NCBI GenBank assembly: GCA_030390025.1
Contig: CM059432.1
Location: 82,214,001 to 82,278,000, forward strand
From: Squalus acanthias
Taxonomy: Eukaryota
Direction of reading: 5' to 3'
DNA length: 64,000 bases
Shown piece by piece: positions 1 to 13,078 of this stretch (positions within the stretch are counted from its first letter, which is position 1; each line of letters opens with the position of its first letter). A program made the position numbers and the translations under genes. Under the pieces are notes generated by a model. It was given only the letters and a program-made list of their open reading frames with translations. It ran no database searches and was not told the origin of the DNA.

Positions 1-750
1 ATTTATTGGTCATCCCTAGTTGCCTTTGAGACGGTGATGGTGGGCCTTCTTTTTGAACTGCTGCAGTCCGTGTGGTGAAGGTACTCTCACAATGTCATTA
101 AGTAGGGAGCTCTAGGAATTTGACCCAGCAATGATGTAGGAACAGCGATATACATCCAAGTCAGGATGGTGTGTGACTTAGAGTGGTACAGGAAACTTTC
201 GTTTATCCGGCACCCAAATATCCGGAATTCTCGCTTAACCGGCAAAAATCATCCTCCGAAAACGCCTCTCAAATAACCGGCAATGTTGCCGAGTCGCAGT
301 CGAGTCTCTGCGAACGCCGAGTGCTCCGAAAAATCCTCTCAAATAACCGGCAATGTTGCCGATCCCGAGTCCGAGTCAGAGTCCGCGAACGCCGATTTAG
401 TCAGTAGGGGTACTTTTCAAAAGTGCCACTATTCGGCCTCCTGGCGCTGTTGCAAGTCCGAAACATTGCAGTAGCATGAGTAGATTCTCCCGTGCTGCTT
501 GGAGTCTCTTTGTTAAAAATAGCCTCGGTAGATATAACTCTCTGTTATCCGGTACTTTCGATAAACCGGCACCACGCCGGTCCCGTCGATGCCGGATAAA
601 CGAAAGTTTCCTGTACTTGCAGGTGATGGTGTTCCCATGCACCTGCTCCCCTTTGTCCTTCTAGGCAGTGGAGGTCGTGGGTTTAGGAGGTGCTTCTGAA
701 GAAGCCTTGATGAGTTGCTGCACTGCATCCTGTAGATAGTACACACTGAT
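1..750 (-). mobile_element. 3' end of a CR1/Jockey-group LINE (here 'family B'), interrupted by a MITE at 189-613
   Basis: Collinear with 21950-22270 and with the reverse complement of 39190-39500 (VCTIYRMQCSNSSRLL... C-terminus and the gggcaataaat 3' UTR). Confidence 0.8.
189..613. mobile_element. 425-bp Tc1/mariner-superfamily (pogo/Tigger-like) MITE, copy 1
   Basis: Perfect 24-bp TIRs CAGGAAACTTTCGTTTATCCGGCA; TA target duplication at 187-188 and 614-615; splits a LINE; matches 55120-55544. Confidence 0.9.
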
Positions 751-1584
751 GGCGTGGAAATGAGGCCCAACTGTGAAAATTGGTCATGGCTTAGGAATGT
801 GGATAGCCATATATGTCGCAAGAATAATACCTTCAGGAGTTGTCTATCTGGAGCAGTACATATTTAAGGATGTTTAGGACGAATACTGAAGGGGACAGGA
901 AAGGACCTGGTAGTGGCATTTCAAGTTGGGGTAAATGATAGGAGAGAATTAACAATGGGGCCTTAAAAGCCACATATATGAGAATTGTCTCAAAATTGAT
1001 GGATGGGCGATATAAAGTCATGTTCTCCAGTGCTTCAGAGTCAGATTTGGTAAATGTTATGCATGACTGCATCTTCATCCAATGCATAAAGGAAGCCACG
1101 AGAAGCAATGCTCAGCTTTACCTAGTATTCCTAACTCACCCAAATAACATACAGAAAATAGACATGGCACCACAGGGGGTCATCAGCCACAGAATGATTA
1201 CATTCAATATGAACTGCATTCAGAAATTCCAAAGGTGGGGAGCTAGGTATTTACATTTAAAAGGGCTAACGTTAAAGAAATGAGGGAACGATTTGAGCAA
1301 ATTGATTGGGGGAGGTTGTTCAACTACACTTCAGTTGAAATAAAGAATAAAAATTACATTTACAATTTCTGCAGTGAGAGGGAACATTGGGATGAATATA
1401 GGAACATGTATAAACACATTAATAGTATAACCTGAGGGGCAAATAGATACCTAGAAAAAACATAACTGAAAAAGGCAAAACAACAGTAACTTCTTTCAGA
1501 ACTTCAACAGTAAGAAGGTAGTCAAAGAGATGAGATGCTAACCATCTGGAAACAGAGAATGAACATGAAAGAAGAAAGAAAAAA

Positions 1585-2029
1585 ACAACCTGTATCGATA
1601 AAGCACCTTTCACAACCTCCGCATTCCTCAAAGTGCTTCACAGCCAATGAAATACTTTTGAAGTGCAGTCACTATTGAAATGTAGCAGCCAATTTGCATG
1701 CAGCAAGGTCCCACATACAACAATGAGATAAATGACTAGATAATCTATTTTAGTGTTTGAGGGATAAATATTGGCCAGGACACTGGGAGAATTCACCTGA
1801 TCATCTTCAAATAGTGCCATGGGACCTTCTAAATCCACCCGAAAGGGCAGAAAAGGCCTCGGTTTAGCATCTTATTTGAAAGACAGCACACCTCCTGTAT
1901 TAAAACACTCCCTCTGTTGCTGCACTGGAGTATCAGCTTAGATTATACACTCAAGTGCTGGAGTGGGGCTTGAACCCACAGTTTTCTGACCCTGAGGTGA
2001 GAGTGCTACCACTGAGCCAAGACTGACAC
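1585..2029 (-). mobile_element. tRNA-derived DeuSINE (SacSINE1-like)
   Basis: Reverse complement has a tRNA-like head (ggctcagtggtagcactctc...ggttcaagcccc), a Deu-like core and an L2-like tail; homologous to 43215-43670 and 59235-59680. Confidence 0.75.
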
Positions 2030-2039
2030 CATAATGTCA

Positions 2040-2600
2040 CAGTAAACATTCCAAATGATTACTTCCTCCATGTGTTCACAAGGAAAGGTATGAGCAAGAT
2101 GCCCTCCTCAAGCAGAAAAAACCTAGGGAAAATTAATGGCTTTGATACATATGAGATGGAAGTCTTAGACAGCTTAAAGGGCTGAAAACCAATCAATCCC
2201 CAGGGATAGAGGGTAATTATCCCAGAATATTGAGAAAAATTAGAGAGGAGATTTGCAAGGCATTAACATTCATTACGAGGGAGCCACTGGACACTGGAGA
2301 GGTGCCAGTGAATTATTCCCTCAAGTGATGGAGTCCTACATTACAACAGTGACTACACTTCAAAAAGTACTTCATTGGCTGTAAAGTGCTTTGGACGTGC
2401 TGAGGTTGTGAAAAGTGCTATATAAATGCAAGTCTTTCTATAAACGTGGTGCCCAAATTCTAAAGCAGCGACAAAACAGACACAGACAACTGCAGACCCA
2501 GTGATCTGACTTCAATTCCACTTAAAATAATGGAATTGATTCTCAAGAGTAAACTTGAGGATCATTTGTACCACAATAACCTGGTATACTCCATGGCTCC
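2040..2600 (+). mobile_element. Old, degenerate CR1 LINE fragment (RT-proximal region) with a SINE-tail insertion
   Basis: Decayed LK-x-x-KSPG-x-D-x-x-x-PRILREI-type coding remnants. Confidence 0.55.
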
Positions 2601-2798
2601 ACGGTACTCCCTCACCATGTGATGTCTATTGAATGAAATATGATGGCATGATATCATACTGGAATCAACCGCAGGCAGAGGTATCTGATTAAAAAAGGAG
2701 ATTTCTGATAAAAAGATTAAACAATACTTTCCAAACTTTAAAATATGGTTATTTTGCTGAAACAGATGACAAAATCAAAAATGGACCTACTCAGTCTT

Positions 2799-3391
2799 GG
2801 CCCTAGAAATTTGGTTGCCTCGCACCCATTGTTTGGGCTCTATAGTTGCCGAATTGGGACTAAAATGGCGTCTGAGCACCACGCACACAATTCTGGTGCG
2901 GGCGGTAGGGTGGCCGTTAGGAGCGTGCGCAGGAAGTATGGTAAGTAGGTAGATCATGATGTCAGTCAGCGTGCAACACTGATTTGATGCCAGTGCTGTC
3001 TTTTTTGTCGTCAGAGGGTTGTGAATCTTTGGAATTCTCTGCCCCAAAGGGCTGTGGATGCTCAGTCATTGAGTACATTCAAGGCTGAGATAGATAGATT
3101 TTTGGACTCTAGAGGAATCAAGAGCTCTGGAGATTGGGCGGGAAAGTGGAGTTGACGTCGAAGATCAGCCATGATCTTATTGAATGGCTGAGCAGGCTCG
3201 AGGGGCCGTATGGCCTACTCCTGCTCCTAATTCTTATGTTCCTATGTTCAGCACTCGGCTGAATGCTACAATCATGCAAAGTTGCAGGCAGCTTGAATTT
3301 TACATGCTGCCTGCAGTCCTCCGAACGGGCGCGGGTTGCTATCGCATTGAGATCTGCGTGCCCGTTTTCGGGGATACTGTATTTCTAGGCC
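2799..3391. mobile_element. Harbinger-like non-autonomous element containing a CR1 3'-end insertion (about 3001-3249)
   Basis: Inverted ends ggccctagaaat / atttctaggcc; the internal segment resembles a CR1 3' end with a ttcttatgttcctatg tail. Confidence 0.5.
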
Positions 3392-4125
3392 TTGGATTTT
3401 GTTTTGCTCCTTATTTGCCCACAGGATCTTGAGTATGGCTGGAAAGTACATACCACACATGCATGTAGCATTGCCTGACTGTAGCCATGCAGTGTAGTAT
3501 TGCAGTCGGCTGTTAGAAGTAGATGGCTTTCAGCATTGCTGTTGGTTTATCTGGACTCCAGTGGACAAATATGTACAAAGCTGAAGCAGTCTAAGTACTA
3601 AGAACAGCGTGGACACTGAGATTGTGTGGTACAGACATTCCAAAATAGGGATTTAGGCAATGTGCTGTCTGTACCATAGCAGTGACCACTTTCTCCACCA
3701 AACATGCATTTTATTTAACTATGGAGTGTTTAGTGTCGATACTAGGGCCCCAAAATTACACGATGATATTAACCACTTAACACGTTTGTCTGAAATTCCT
3801 TCCTTGGCTATTCAGTGGTATTAACCCACTTGCTTTAAATGAGTTAATAAACATTTGTACACTAATATCTCACAGTGTAATTCCAGGGCCTAGATTCCTA
3901 CATTACAACAGTGACTACACTTCAGTGGCTGTAAAATGCTTTGGGACGTCCTGAAGTCGTGAAAGACATTATATAAATGCAAGCTCTCTCTTTCTTACAT
4001 CTTAATTAGCATTAAAAAGAAATGCATATAAAGAGAAAGGCATTTTTAGATTGATTTTGTGATGCCTAATGTTAGTTCTTTTGTGTGATAAATGGGGTTT
4101 GTAACCTCTTGCTATCTGTTGTCAG

Positions 4126-4336
4126 AAATGGCAGTGCGTTGAAGATGCTGCAGGCAAACTTCGACTCCACAAGTGCAAAGGGACAACCAAGGTACCTGCT
4201 GGCAGCAAGAAAAGTAGAAGTCTGCGCACTCAGACCTACGGCAGTAACGACTGTGAGTGCTCAGATAGTAGCTACAGGATGAGTCAGTCTGAGAGAAGGA
4301 ACCAGAGACAATTCCTCAGAATCCACACTACTCACA
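4126..4336 (+). CDS. SULF1: SULF1 exon (KWQCVEDAAGKLRLHKCKG...QRQFLRIHTTH), hydrophilic domain
   Basis: AG at 4124-4125, GTGAGT at 4337; phase 0 to 1; matches the SULF1 KWQCIED.SGKLRIHKCKG motif. Confidence 0.93.
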
Positions 4337-5465
4337 GTGAGTATAGAGCAACCTGTGACCTCATGTTAACTATCGAGCAGCCCTTTGGAAATGGTCCTTT
4401 GGTGCCATCTAGTGGTTTACAGCCATCACTGGTACCATGTTAGATTTAAGCGTTTATGAGAGTTGGATGAGGCAAAACAATAGAATCTTGGAAAGAGATG
4501 AAGATTAACAAGAGAACTTATTTTTCACATAGTATAAATCCTTATGTTGAATTTAACAAACTCAGGATATAGTTTTATTACCAGCACTGAATCGTTCTAA
4601 CACTGCTCCATACTGTGATCAAACTTGAATTGCAGATCCTGCTTTATCCCTGTATTTTCATTCAGATTTTCTTGTATATTTCCTTTTGAAAGCAAGTGGT
4701 GACACGGTAGCAAGTGAACAGACAATGACATTTCCTATTCTTTCCTTTATGTGTGTTTTAGTCATGTGAATACAGGTTTAAAAAATCTGAAATTGCAATA
4801 TTTATGGCTTACTATTTATACTGGTGATGCTTCTCTTTGCTGTTTTCTCTCCCCCGACTGTTCTTTTCTGATGTTTGTGTTACTTTCCATCTCCTGTTGT
4901 TTCTTTGACTCTCTTCTGCTGATTCTCTTAATTTACGTTTCTCTACTGTTTCTTTTTTAACTTATTTTTATATTAAACTCTCCTTCTTTCCCCATCCTTT
5001 TCGATCTTGTTTCATGTGAATAAGGAAGTAGATCACAAACCCCAGTGAAGCCACCTCAGCGCTGCCTCTGAGCACTGAGCGAATGGCTGAAGTGATCTTG
5101 TGGCACTGGCACTATTCCAAGATCAGGCTTTAAGGTCGGCCACCATCTGCATTGTGGTGACTCCCAGCTTTACTGCAACCTTCTATTTAACCCTTCCCTG
5201 TAGCGTTTGGTGTAGTGTCTAGATCGGTGGTTCTCAAACTGAGATTCATTGAGACTTTCCGGGGTTCCGCGAAAGAAACCCCAATCGGTGATGCGGAGCG
5301 GCCGGGCGCTGCTGAACGCGGCGGTGAATGGTTACCATGGCGGCAGCAGCAGCGGCTATGCGCTGCAGGAAGAAGAGAAGGCAGGAGGGAAAAAGACTGC
5401 TGCAGCTGTGGATTTTTGCCGGTCTCGGCTGGTGACTGTCCGGATTTCACCGTTTCACCGCTGCA

Positions 5466-5980
<515 letters not shown>

Positions 5981-6392
5981 AATTTGCTGATGAACAGAAT
6001 AGCCTAATCAAGTACAAATGTGATTAATATTTCACTGGCTCCCACTAATATTCATGTTGGTGTCATGGAAATGTACATTTCCTAAGTCTGTTGTCAAATG
6101 TTCCAATAAATTCGATTACAAGAAAAAAATGACTGCGGGCCAGCAGCGGCCGCAGAGCCACCGCCAGCAACAGGAGCCGGAGGCAGAATAGCGCAGGACC
6201 AGCTGTTCAGAGAGGAACCGATCGTCTGTCAACAAAGATTCCGTCCTGGCTGCCAGTCGACTGCAGCAGCGCTGGGAGACGACCACAAATAACAGGCCCC
6301 GCAAGTCGGACATACATTACATTCGTTCTGTCTGTCCATGGTCAAGGGCTGGCCAAGGAGCAAATCTGACATAATAATCTGGGCAGCACTTG

Positions 6393-7085
6393 AATAAGAA
6401 CATAAGAACATAAGAATTAGGAGCAGGAGTAGGCCATACGGCCCTTCGAGCCTGCTCCACCATTCAATAAGATCATGGCTGATCATCGACCTCAACTCCA
6501 CTTTCCTGACCAATTCCCATATCTCTTGATTCCCCTAGAGTCCAAAATTCTATCTATCCCAGCCTTGAATATACTCAACGATTCAGCATCCACAGCCCTT
6601 TCAAGAAGAGAATTCCAAAGATTCACAACCCTCTGAGTGAAGAAATTCCTCCTCCTCTCAGTCCTAAATGGCCGATCCTTTATCCTGAGACTATGCCCCC
6701 TAGTTCTAGACTCTCCAGCCAGGGGAAACAACCTCTCAGCATCTACCCTGTCAATCCCCCTCAGAATCTTGTATGTTTCAACGAGATCACCTCTCATTCT
6801 TCTAAACTCCAGAGAGTATAGGCCCAATCTACTCAATCTCTCCTCATAGGACAACCCTCTCATCCGCGGAATCAAGTTAGTGAACCTTCGTTGCACCACC
6901 TTTAAGGCAAGTTTATCCTTCCTTGGAAAAGGAGACCAAAACTGTGCATAGTACGCCAGGTGTGGTCTCACCAAAGCCCTGTACAATTGTAGCAAGACTT
7001 CCTTACTCTTGTACTCCAACTCCTTACAATAAAGGCCAACATGCAATTTGCCTTCCTAATTGCTTGCTGTACCTGCATGCTAACA
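6393..7085 (-). mobile_element. CR1 LINE 3' fragment
   Basis: ORF 6492-7046 encodes the CR1 C-terminus (LYRALVRPHL..QFWSP..RRMRGDL..FFTQRVVNLWN); (ttcttatg)n tail. Confidence 0.92.
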
Positions 7086-9110
7086 CTGTCCCAGAAATTC
7101 CCTACATTATTGCCACGAGTTAGCCCTGCAATCCTGGTGAAAAATGGCGGCCGCCACCCTAACGCCCTTCTCTGGTGCGGGACTCGGCGGCCGCCAGTTT
7201 GGTGAGGGGCTTAGCTCTACCGATAGCAGCGCTGGAGATGCAAATATTGGGAGCGTGATGTCAGTCGGCAGGCTGAGTTGAACGCTGGGTCCTAAGCGCA
7301 CTCTGAAAAGCGAGCGTTCAGAGACTATTTCCTCGGGTAGAGGCAGCTGTTACAAGAGGGCATAACTATAAGGTGCATGGGGGGAGATATAGAAGGGATG
7401 TCCGAGGTAGATTCTTTACTCAGAGAGTGGTTGGGGTGTGGAATGGACTGCCTGCTGTGATAGTGGAGTCGGACACTTTAGGAACTTTCAAGCGGTTATT
7501 GGATAAGCACATGGAGCACACCAGAGTGATAGGGAGTGTGATAGCTTGATCTTGGTCTCGGACAATGCTCGGCACAACATCGAGGGCCGAAGGGCCTGTA
7601 CTGTGCTGTACTGTTCTATGTTCTATGTAGATGCTGTCAGCACTTCTTAAAGGGACACACACATCTTTCAGGTGAGTTTGCTTGTAAGCTTTTGGACTGG
7701 ATTTTTTAAATTTTTTATTGAAGTAGTGGTTGGTGCAATACATATTAAAAGTTTTTTAAGTATTCAGGGAGTGCTGCTGGATGCTTGCAAGGCCTCAGCT
7801 GGTAAAGGGAAGGCCTCTGAGAAGACAGAAAATGCTGGGAATATTCAGCAGGTCAGGCAGCATCCGTGGAGAGAGAAACAAAGTTCGTGTCTCAGGTCGA
7901 GATGCTGCCTGGCCTGCTGAGTATTTCCAACATTTTGTGCTTTTATTTCAGAATTACAGCATCCGCTCACAGAGGGAAGAGAAAGACGCAGAAAAGGAGG
8001 ACACAGAAGGAAGGATGCAACCCAGACAGCCCCTTTCTGGCCGGGATATCTGGGATGGAATCATCTGCCTGCGGTACCAGTGACCACAATCCCAATTCCC
8101 TTTCAACGTTTGTCCCACACCTTACCTTCCCTCTGTTACTGACCATCACAGCGTCCTCTTGGCCACAATGCTGAAATAAAAGTCACCACAAAGCAAATTT
8201 TCCAATCCAACTTTATACATCTATCCATCCAATGTGACATTAAGAAATCAACTCATCACCCTTATACATTCCCTTAGTGACTGTCTTGTGTGTGCCTTTG
8301 CCTATCCTACTGATGTCACACAGTGCTACCCCAGTGGCTGCAGCATGGCTGGTGGAAGGCCGCTGACTTTCAGTGGGGGACACTGCAAATGGCCTTGCTG
8401 GTCGACCTTGAGGAGCTGGTGGCTGGGAGTGTCAAATCGAGTGAAAGTGTTTCTTCTTCCTCTTCCTCCTCTCTCCTCTCTCCACTTCTTGGTCACCCAC
8501 TGGCTGGGCAGGCTGGATTTCTTGGGTGTGTGAAATGAGGAAGGCACAAGGGTGGAGTTGTGGTGAGGGGAGGGCGGGAAAGCAAGAGGTGCATGCGAGA
8601 AGGAGGATAACGTATGAGGAGACCAGCATCTTGTATTCTTTCACCCACTGCTGGCCAGGAGCTCAGCCATGCCCCTGCCAAGAATGGCCTGCACCATCTC
8701 CACCAAGGGGGTGAGGTGACGCTAGGAATGGGAGGTGTGCCTCATGTTTTGGTACAGATTGTTGGTAGGTGAGTGATTGGCGGGGAGGAGTTGTGCATTG
8801 AGAAGTGTGTGAGGCTAGTGGTGCAGTTGGTAGGAGACAGCTTTTGAAGATGCATTCACTGACCTTGACCACTGGTCTGAGGTCATGAAGCTTCTTTAGG
8901 CACTGGAGCCAGGTGGTGGAGCCAACACTACTGGCATGGACGGCCTCGGTGATCTGGTCCCACCTTTCTTTCTGAAGGCCCTCCTGGCCCCTGTGGGTAG
9001 AGGACCTCTCTTGCAGTGTTGACCCCCTGCACAAAGCTGGAGTGCTGCGTGCGAGACCCTGGGTGCCCCTTCCCTGGCTTGTGTTAGTGCTGAAGCACTT
9101 TTACCATTTT
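7086..9110. mobile_element. Truncated Harbinger-derived non-autonomous element with Myb/SANT-like remnant on the - strand; CR1 3' end nested at about 7336-7627
   Basis: 7630-9110 is collinear with 60510-62000; remnant reads WDQITEAVHASS..TWLQCLKKLHDL. Confidence 0.75.
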
Positions 9111-9114
9111 TTTT

Positions 9115-9355
9115 AGGTGTGGAAGATTAAAGTCCCCCACGATTATTGCATTACTTTTGTTACAAGCTCATATTATTTCCTGATTAATACTCTGTCCAAC
9201 GGTATAGCTACTGTTAGGGGGCCTATAAACTACTCCCACCAGTGTTCTTTGCCCCTTGTTATTTCTTATCTCCACCTATAATGATTCTACTTCCTGATCT
9301 TCTGAGCCAAGATCCTTTCTCACTACTGTCCTTATTGTCATCCTTTATTATCAGG
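9115..9355 (-). mobile_element. CR1 endonuclease-domain fragment
   Basis: Reverse strand encodes GVVYRPPN and IVGDFNLP, motifs of the APE-like endonuclease. Confidence 0.7.
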
Positions 9356-9815
9356 ATGAATACACTGAATAACCAATGCCTTTGTAATTTTAAACAATCA
9401 ATTCTTTACCATCACTATCATTTTATACATACATGCTTGAGGGATTCCCGTTTTGTAAATGTCTATATTGCAATTCATTGTCAGAAGATCCTGGTATAGT
9501 ATCAATACAAGGGGTCCTTCAAACAAAAAAGAACCACTGGTCTAGATCAGCTCCTTCTTTGCTTTTCTTGCTCCTCCTTCCCTTATACTCTTTTCCTTTA
9601 CTCTGTCCCACTCTCTAGTCTCTGATAATTATACCTGATGTAAGTTTATACCAAATATCTATCCACAACCATGACTGTTGCTTTATATCATTGTCTTGGT
9701 TCCTTCAACACGTGTCTGATCATCCCTGTTCTTCATGTTACATTGGGGCTACCCAACCTCTATCATGCTTTGAAATCAGTCCATTTCACAATGTAGAAAA
9801 GAACAGTTTTAGTTT

Positions 9816-10338
9816 CAGACTGGAATAGCCCTGACCCCCACTGCAGACTGGGATAGTCCTGACCCCCACTGCAGACTGGGATAGCCCTGACCCCCACTGC
9901 AGACTGGGATAGCCCTGAACCCCACTGCAGACTGGGATAGCCCTGACCCCCACTGCAGACTGGGATAGTCCTGACCCCCACTGCAGACTGGGGTAGTCCT
10001 GACCCCCACTGCAGACTGGGATAGTCCTGACCCCCACTGCAGACTGGGATAGCCCTGACCCCCACTGCAGACTGGGATAGTCCTGACCCCCACTGCAGAC
10101 TGGGATAGTCCTGACCCCCACTGCAGACTGGGATAGCCCTGACCCCCACTGCAGACTGGAATAGCCCTGACCCCCACTGCAGACTGGGATAGTCCTGACC
10201 CCCACTGCAGACTGGGATAGTCCTGACCCCCACTGCAGACTGGGATAGCCCTGACCCCCACTGCAGACTGGGATAGTCCTGACCCCCACTGCAGACTGGG
10301 ATAGCCCTGACCCCCACTGCAGACTGGGATAGTCCTGA
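9816..10338. repeat. 28-bp minisatellite, about 18-19 copies
   Basis: Unit CTGCAGACTGGGATAG(T/C)CCTGACCCCCA repeated head-to-tail. Confidence 0.97.
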
Positions 10339-11771
10339 ATCGCACTGTGACAGCAGATGCCAACAGATATTTACAGGGGCAGAATGTGTGGGTTTTAGTG
10401 TTCTTAAGGTAAAAAGGGAGGAATAAGTCATTTGGTGATGTCATTGCTTCATTGTAATACTAATAACGTAGAAGTATGATTTTATTTGAACAATAATGAA
10501 GAAAGAGTCCCTCCCTCCCAATTGTCTTGCTTTCTCTCCTAAGGGTTCTTGCTGGGGTGCAGTTTTGATGGTAACTGCTGCTCTCTAGTACCTCACTCTT
10601 CATTATTCATGCATGAGTCGAGACAGTGAGTATCAGCAGGCTATTCAACCATGAAATGCATCAAAGCTGAGCCCATTGTCCATAAGTGCATATTTCAGCA
10701 AGAGTCATTGGCTAATGATCAGATTGGGAACCATGGCTGATTCAATCTCCCTCCCCAACCCATGGGCACTGGGACCCATTGTAGCACCCTTACTAATGAT
10801 GCAGCTGAGATCAGCTAAGTCGGCATAGATTGGGTGTCTAACCAGGGTGCTGCAGCTCTGTATGGCCGAACACTAAACAAAACAATGATTTCATGCACTA
10901 GACCATCAGGGGATTTATTTAAAATCAAGAAATCCTAGGAATGTTGCGTTGTTCCTTGTAATATTTCAGTGCTGCAGAATTTCCACAGAGAGAATGGTAA
11001 TGGATAATTCATGCATAATATAAAAGTGGTTTTAAGCACAGTGATGTGCATGTCAGACACTCATCTGGTCAAAAAAAAAACGCTTAAAATATTTACTTTC
11101 ACTGCTTTTCTGCAAGAAGTGGTGCCCTGTTCATCTATTGCTGATCAGTAAGTCTACAGTTACAGGAAATCCTCTGGCCATACCCAAGCTCATAGCACTG
11201 TGTACTGAATAGTGACTGATGTCCCAGGAATTAGCCCTTCCAAAAGCACATTGGGCTCCCAGCAGAGAATCTAAATATGAATTCAGCCTCAGCTATCATT
11301 TTAACTCCACCACAATCATTGGCAATCCATGTGGTGTGAGTGAACTGATCAGTATCAATGTCTCTGGAGAGGTTTGTGGCCCACACAATCCTGCCCTCAC
11401 TTTCAGTCAGCAGTTGAAGGAGGTGGAAAGAACTGAGGAAGAAACTTTTAAGGAATGGTGACCAGGCCACAGGCCTGGATTTCCCAACAGACAGGTAGCA
11501 GCAGGTTTCTGTAAATGGTAACTCTACCTTGACCTGCTTTTGACATTTTCTACATCTGGTACCTGTCCTATGTCTGCCGTGCTAGCTCATCCCCTAAGAG
11601 CGATTTGAGCAGATGACTAGAGCTCTTCCTCACTGAGTGTAGCCATGCCAGTGAGGCAGCGTAAAAAAATTGTGTTTTCAAAAGAGTTGCCTGTTTTCAC
11701 AGTTGTGTGCTGAGTTGTGTTTGTGTAATTAGTGGCAATCTGTATTAAGGTGCACTTTCCCTTCCGAACAG

Positions 11772-12015
11772 AATTTAAACATCGTTTCATTCGCACTCGA
11801 CCAATTCGCTCCGTTTCAGTCGAATTAGAAGGTGAGATTTATGACATTGACCTGGAAATTGAAGAACTCGAGTCGCTGATGCCAAAAAATATTAGCACGG
11901 GCTATTACCGAGAGGAAAACCCAGCTGAAGAGGGAGATGAGGACAATAAAATGATTGCTGAGGACAGCAGTAAAGCTGATGGATCAGTGCTAGATTCAGT
12001 CAAAGTCACACACAA
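11772..12015 (+). CDS. SULF1: SULF1 exon (FKHRFIRTRPIRSVSVELEGEIYDIDL...VKVTHK)
   Basis: AG at 11770-11771, GTAAGT at 12016; phase 1 to 2; includes the basic RTRPIR/SVSVE furin-type processing region. Confidence 0.95.
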
Positions 12016-12222
12016 GTAAGTCTGGCTTACTCACTGAACAATTGTATTCTATAACTTTAGAGATCTAGTTTTCCAGTGCAGCAGTACCTTGAAGGTATTC
12101 ATAATATGCCCTGAACCTTTTGTGTTTAAGGATTTTAAAGAACCCCTGATTTGGCCTCTAGATTTTGCTGGACTGTACACTAATGTGCTCTTTTATTTTC
12201 TTTACTTATTTCTTTCCTGAAG

Positions 12223-12319
12223 ATGTTACATTCTTGCCAATGACACGGTGCATTGTGAGAAAGAGCTGTATCAGTCAGCTAGAGCATGGAAGGACCACAA
12301 GAGCTACATAGACAAAGAG
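12223..12319 (+). CDS. SULF1: SULF1 exon ([32 protein letters not shown])
   Basis: AG/GT flanks, 97 nt, phase 2 to 0; SULF1-type [13 protein letters not shown]. Confidence 0.96.
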
Positions 12320-12983
12320 GTTAGATAACGTTACTGGAGAGAATTTTCGAGTCGGCGGTCGGCAGATGTTATCAATGACGAGCAAGGGTTCTGGTCACTG
12401 CGATTTCCCATTCCCAGTGGGAAGGCAAGAATTGACACGAAATTTCCTGCTAGAGGAATGCCAACGAATGGCTGAATAATGCTGGCAGAAAATGAACAGA
12501 TGGATGTCTTAGTTTAGCACTAAAGTATAGGCTAGAAGCTTTTTATACTTCTGTAAAATTAATCTTAATCAATCTTAATCAATCCTCTTGGTTGTTGTGA
12601 CGGAGCACAGATGGAGCTCCACTGAGGACATAACTCCAGGTATTTTTGGAAAAAAATCTCTATTTATTGGCTGGAGTAGTGGCTTAAATTTCCCTTAACA
12701 CCATTCCAGTATTCACGTTAGAAAATCAAGAGCTAGTGGCAATTACCATGGATCAGCTCCTGATTAACATCAAATTGCCAAATGAGTACTAAGTCATCAC
12801 TGCTTCTGCAGGTACCTGAGGTAATGTAATGTGTCGGGTGGAAGCTAGATACTGTCATCGGAAAAATCAGACAGTAGAGACACCATCGACCTGAAAATTA
12901 CCCCCATCATAATTAATGAAATAAAGTTATTTCAGTGATTTTGAAGCTAGAAAACAACTCTTTTCTTTGGCTCTCAATTGTAG

Positions 12984-13078
12984 ATTGAAGCTCTTCAAGA
13001 CAAAATAAAGAATCTGAGAGAAGTGAGAGGTCACCTCAAAAGAAAAAAGCCTGAGGAATGTGACTGCAACAGGAAAAG
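12984..13078 (+). CDS. SULF1: SULF1 exon ([31 protein letters not shown])
   Basis: TAG acceptor, GT donor at 13079; 95 nt, phase 0 to 2. Confidence 0.96.

Noticed and set aside
265..395. 28-bp direct repeats with about 42-bp spacing, superficially CRISPR-like
   Set aside because: Only two units, the spacers are themselves related, they lie inside a TIR/TA-flanked MITE in a vertebrate intron, and there are no cas genes
9763..10444. Long repetitive ORFs on the - strand
   Set aside because: Artefact of a stop-free 28-bp tandem repeat
10500..10915. Possible ancient SINE on the - strand
   Set aside because: Too degenerate to define boundaries or family by eye
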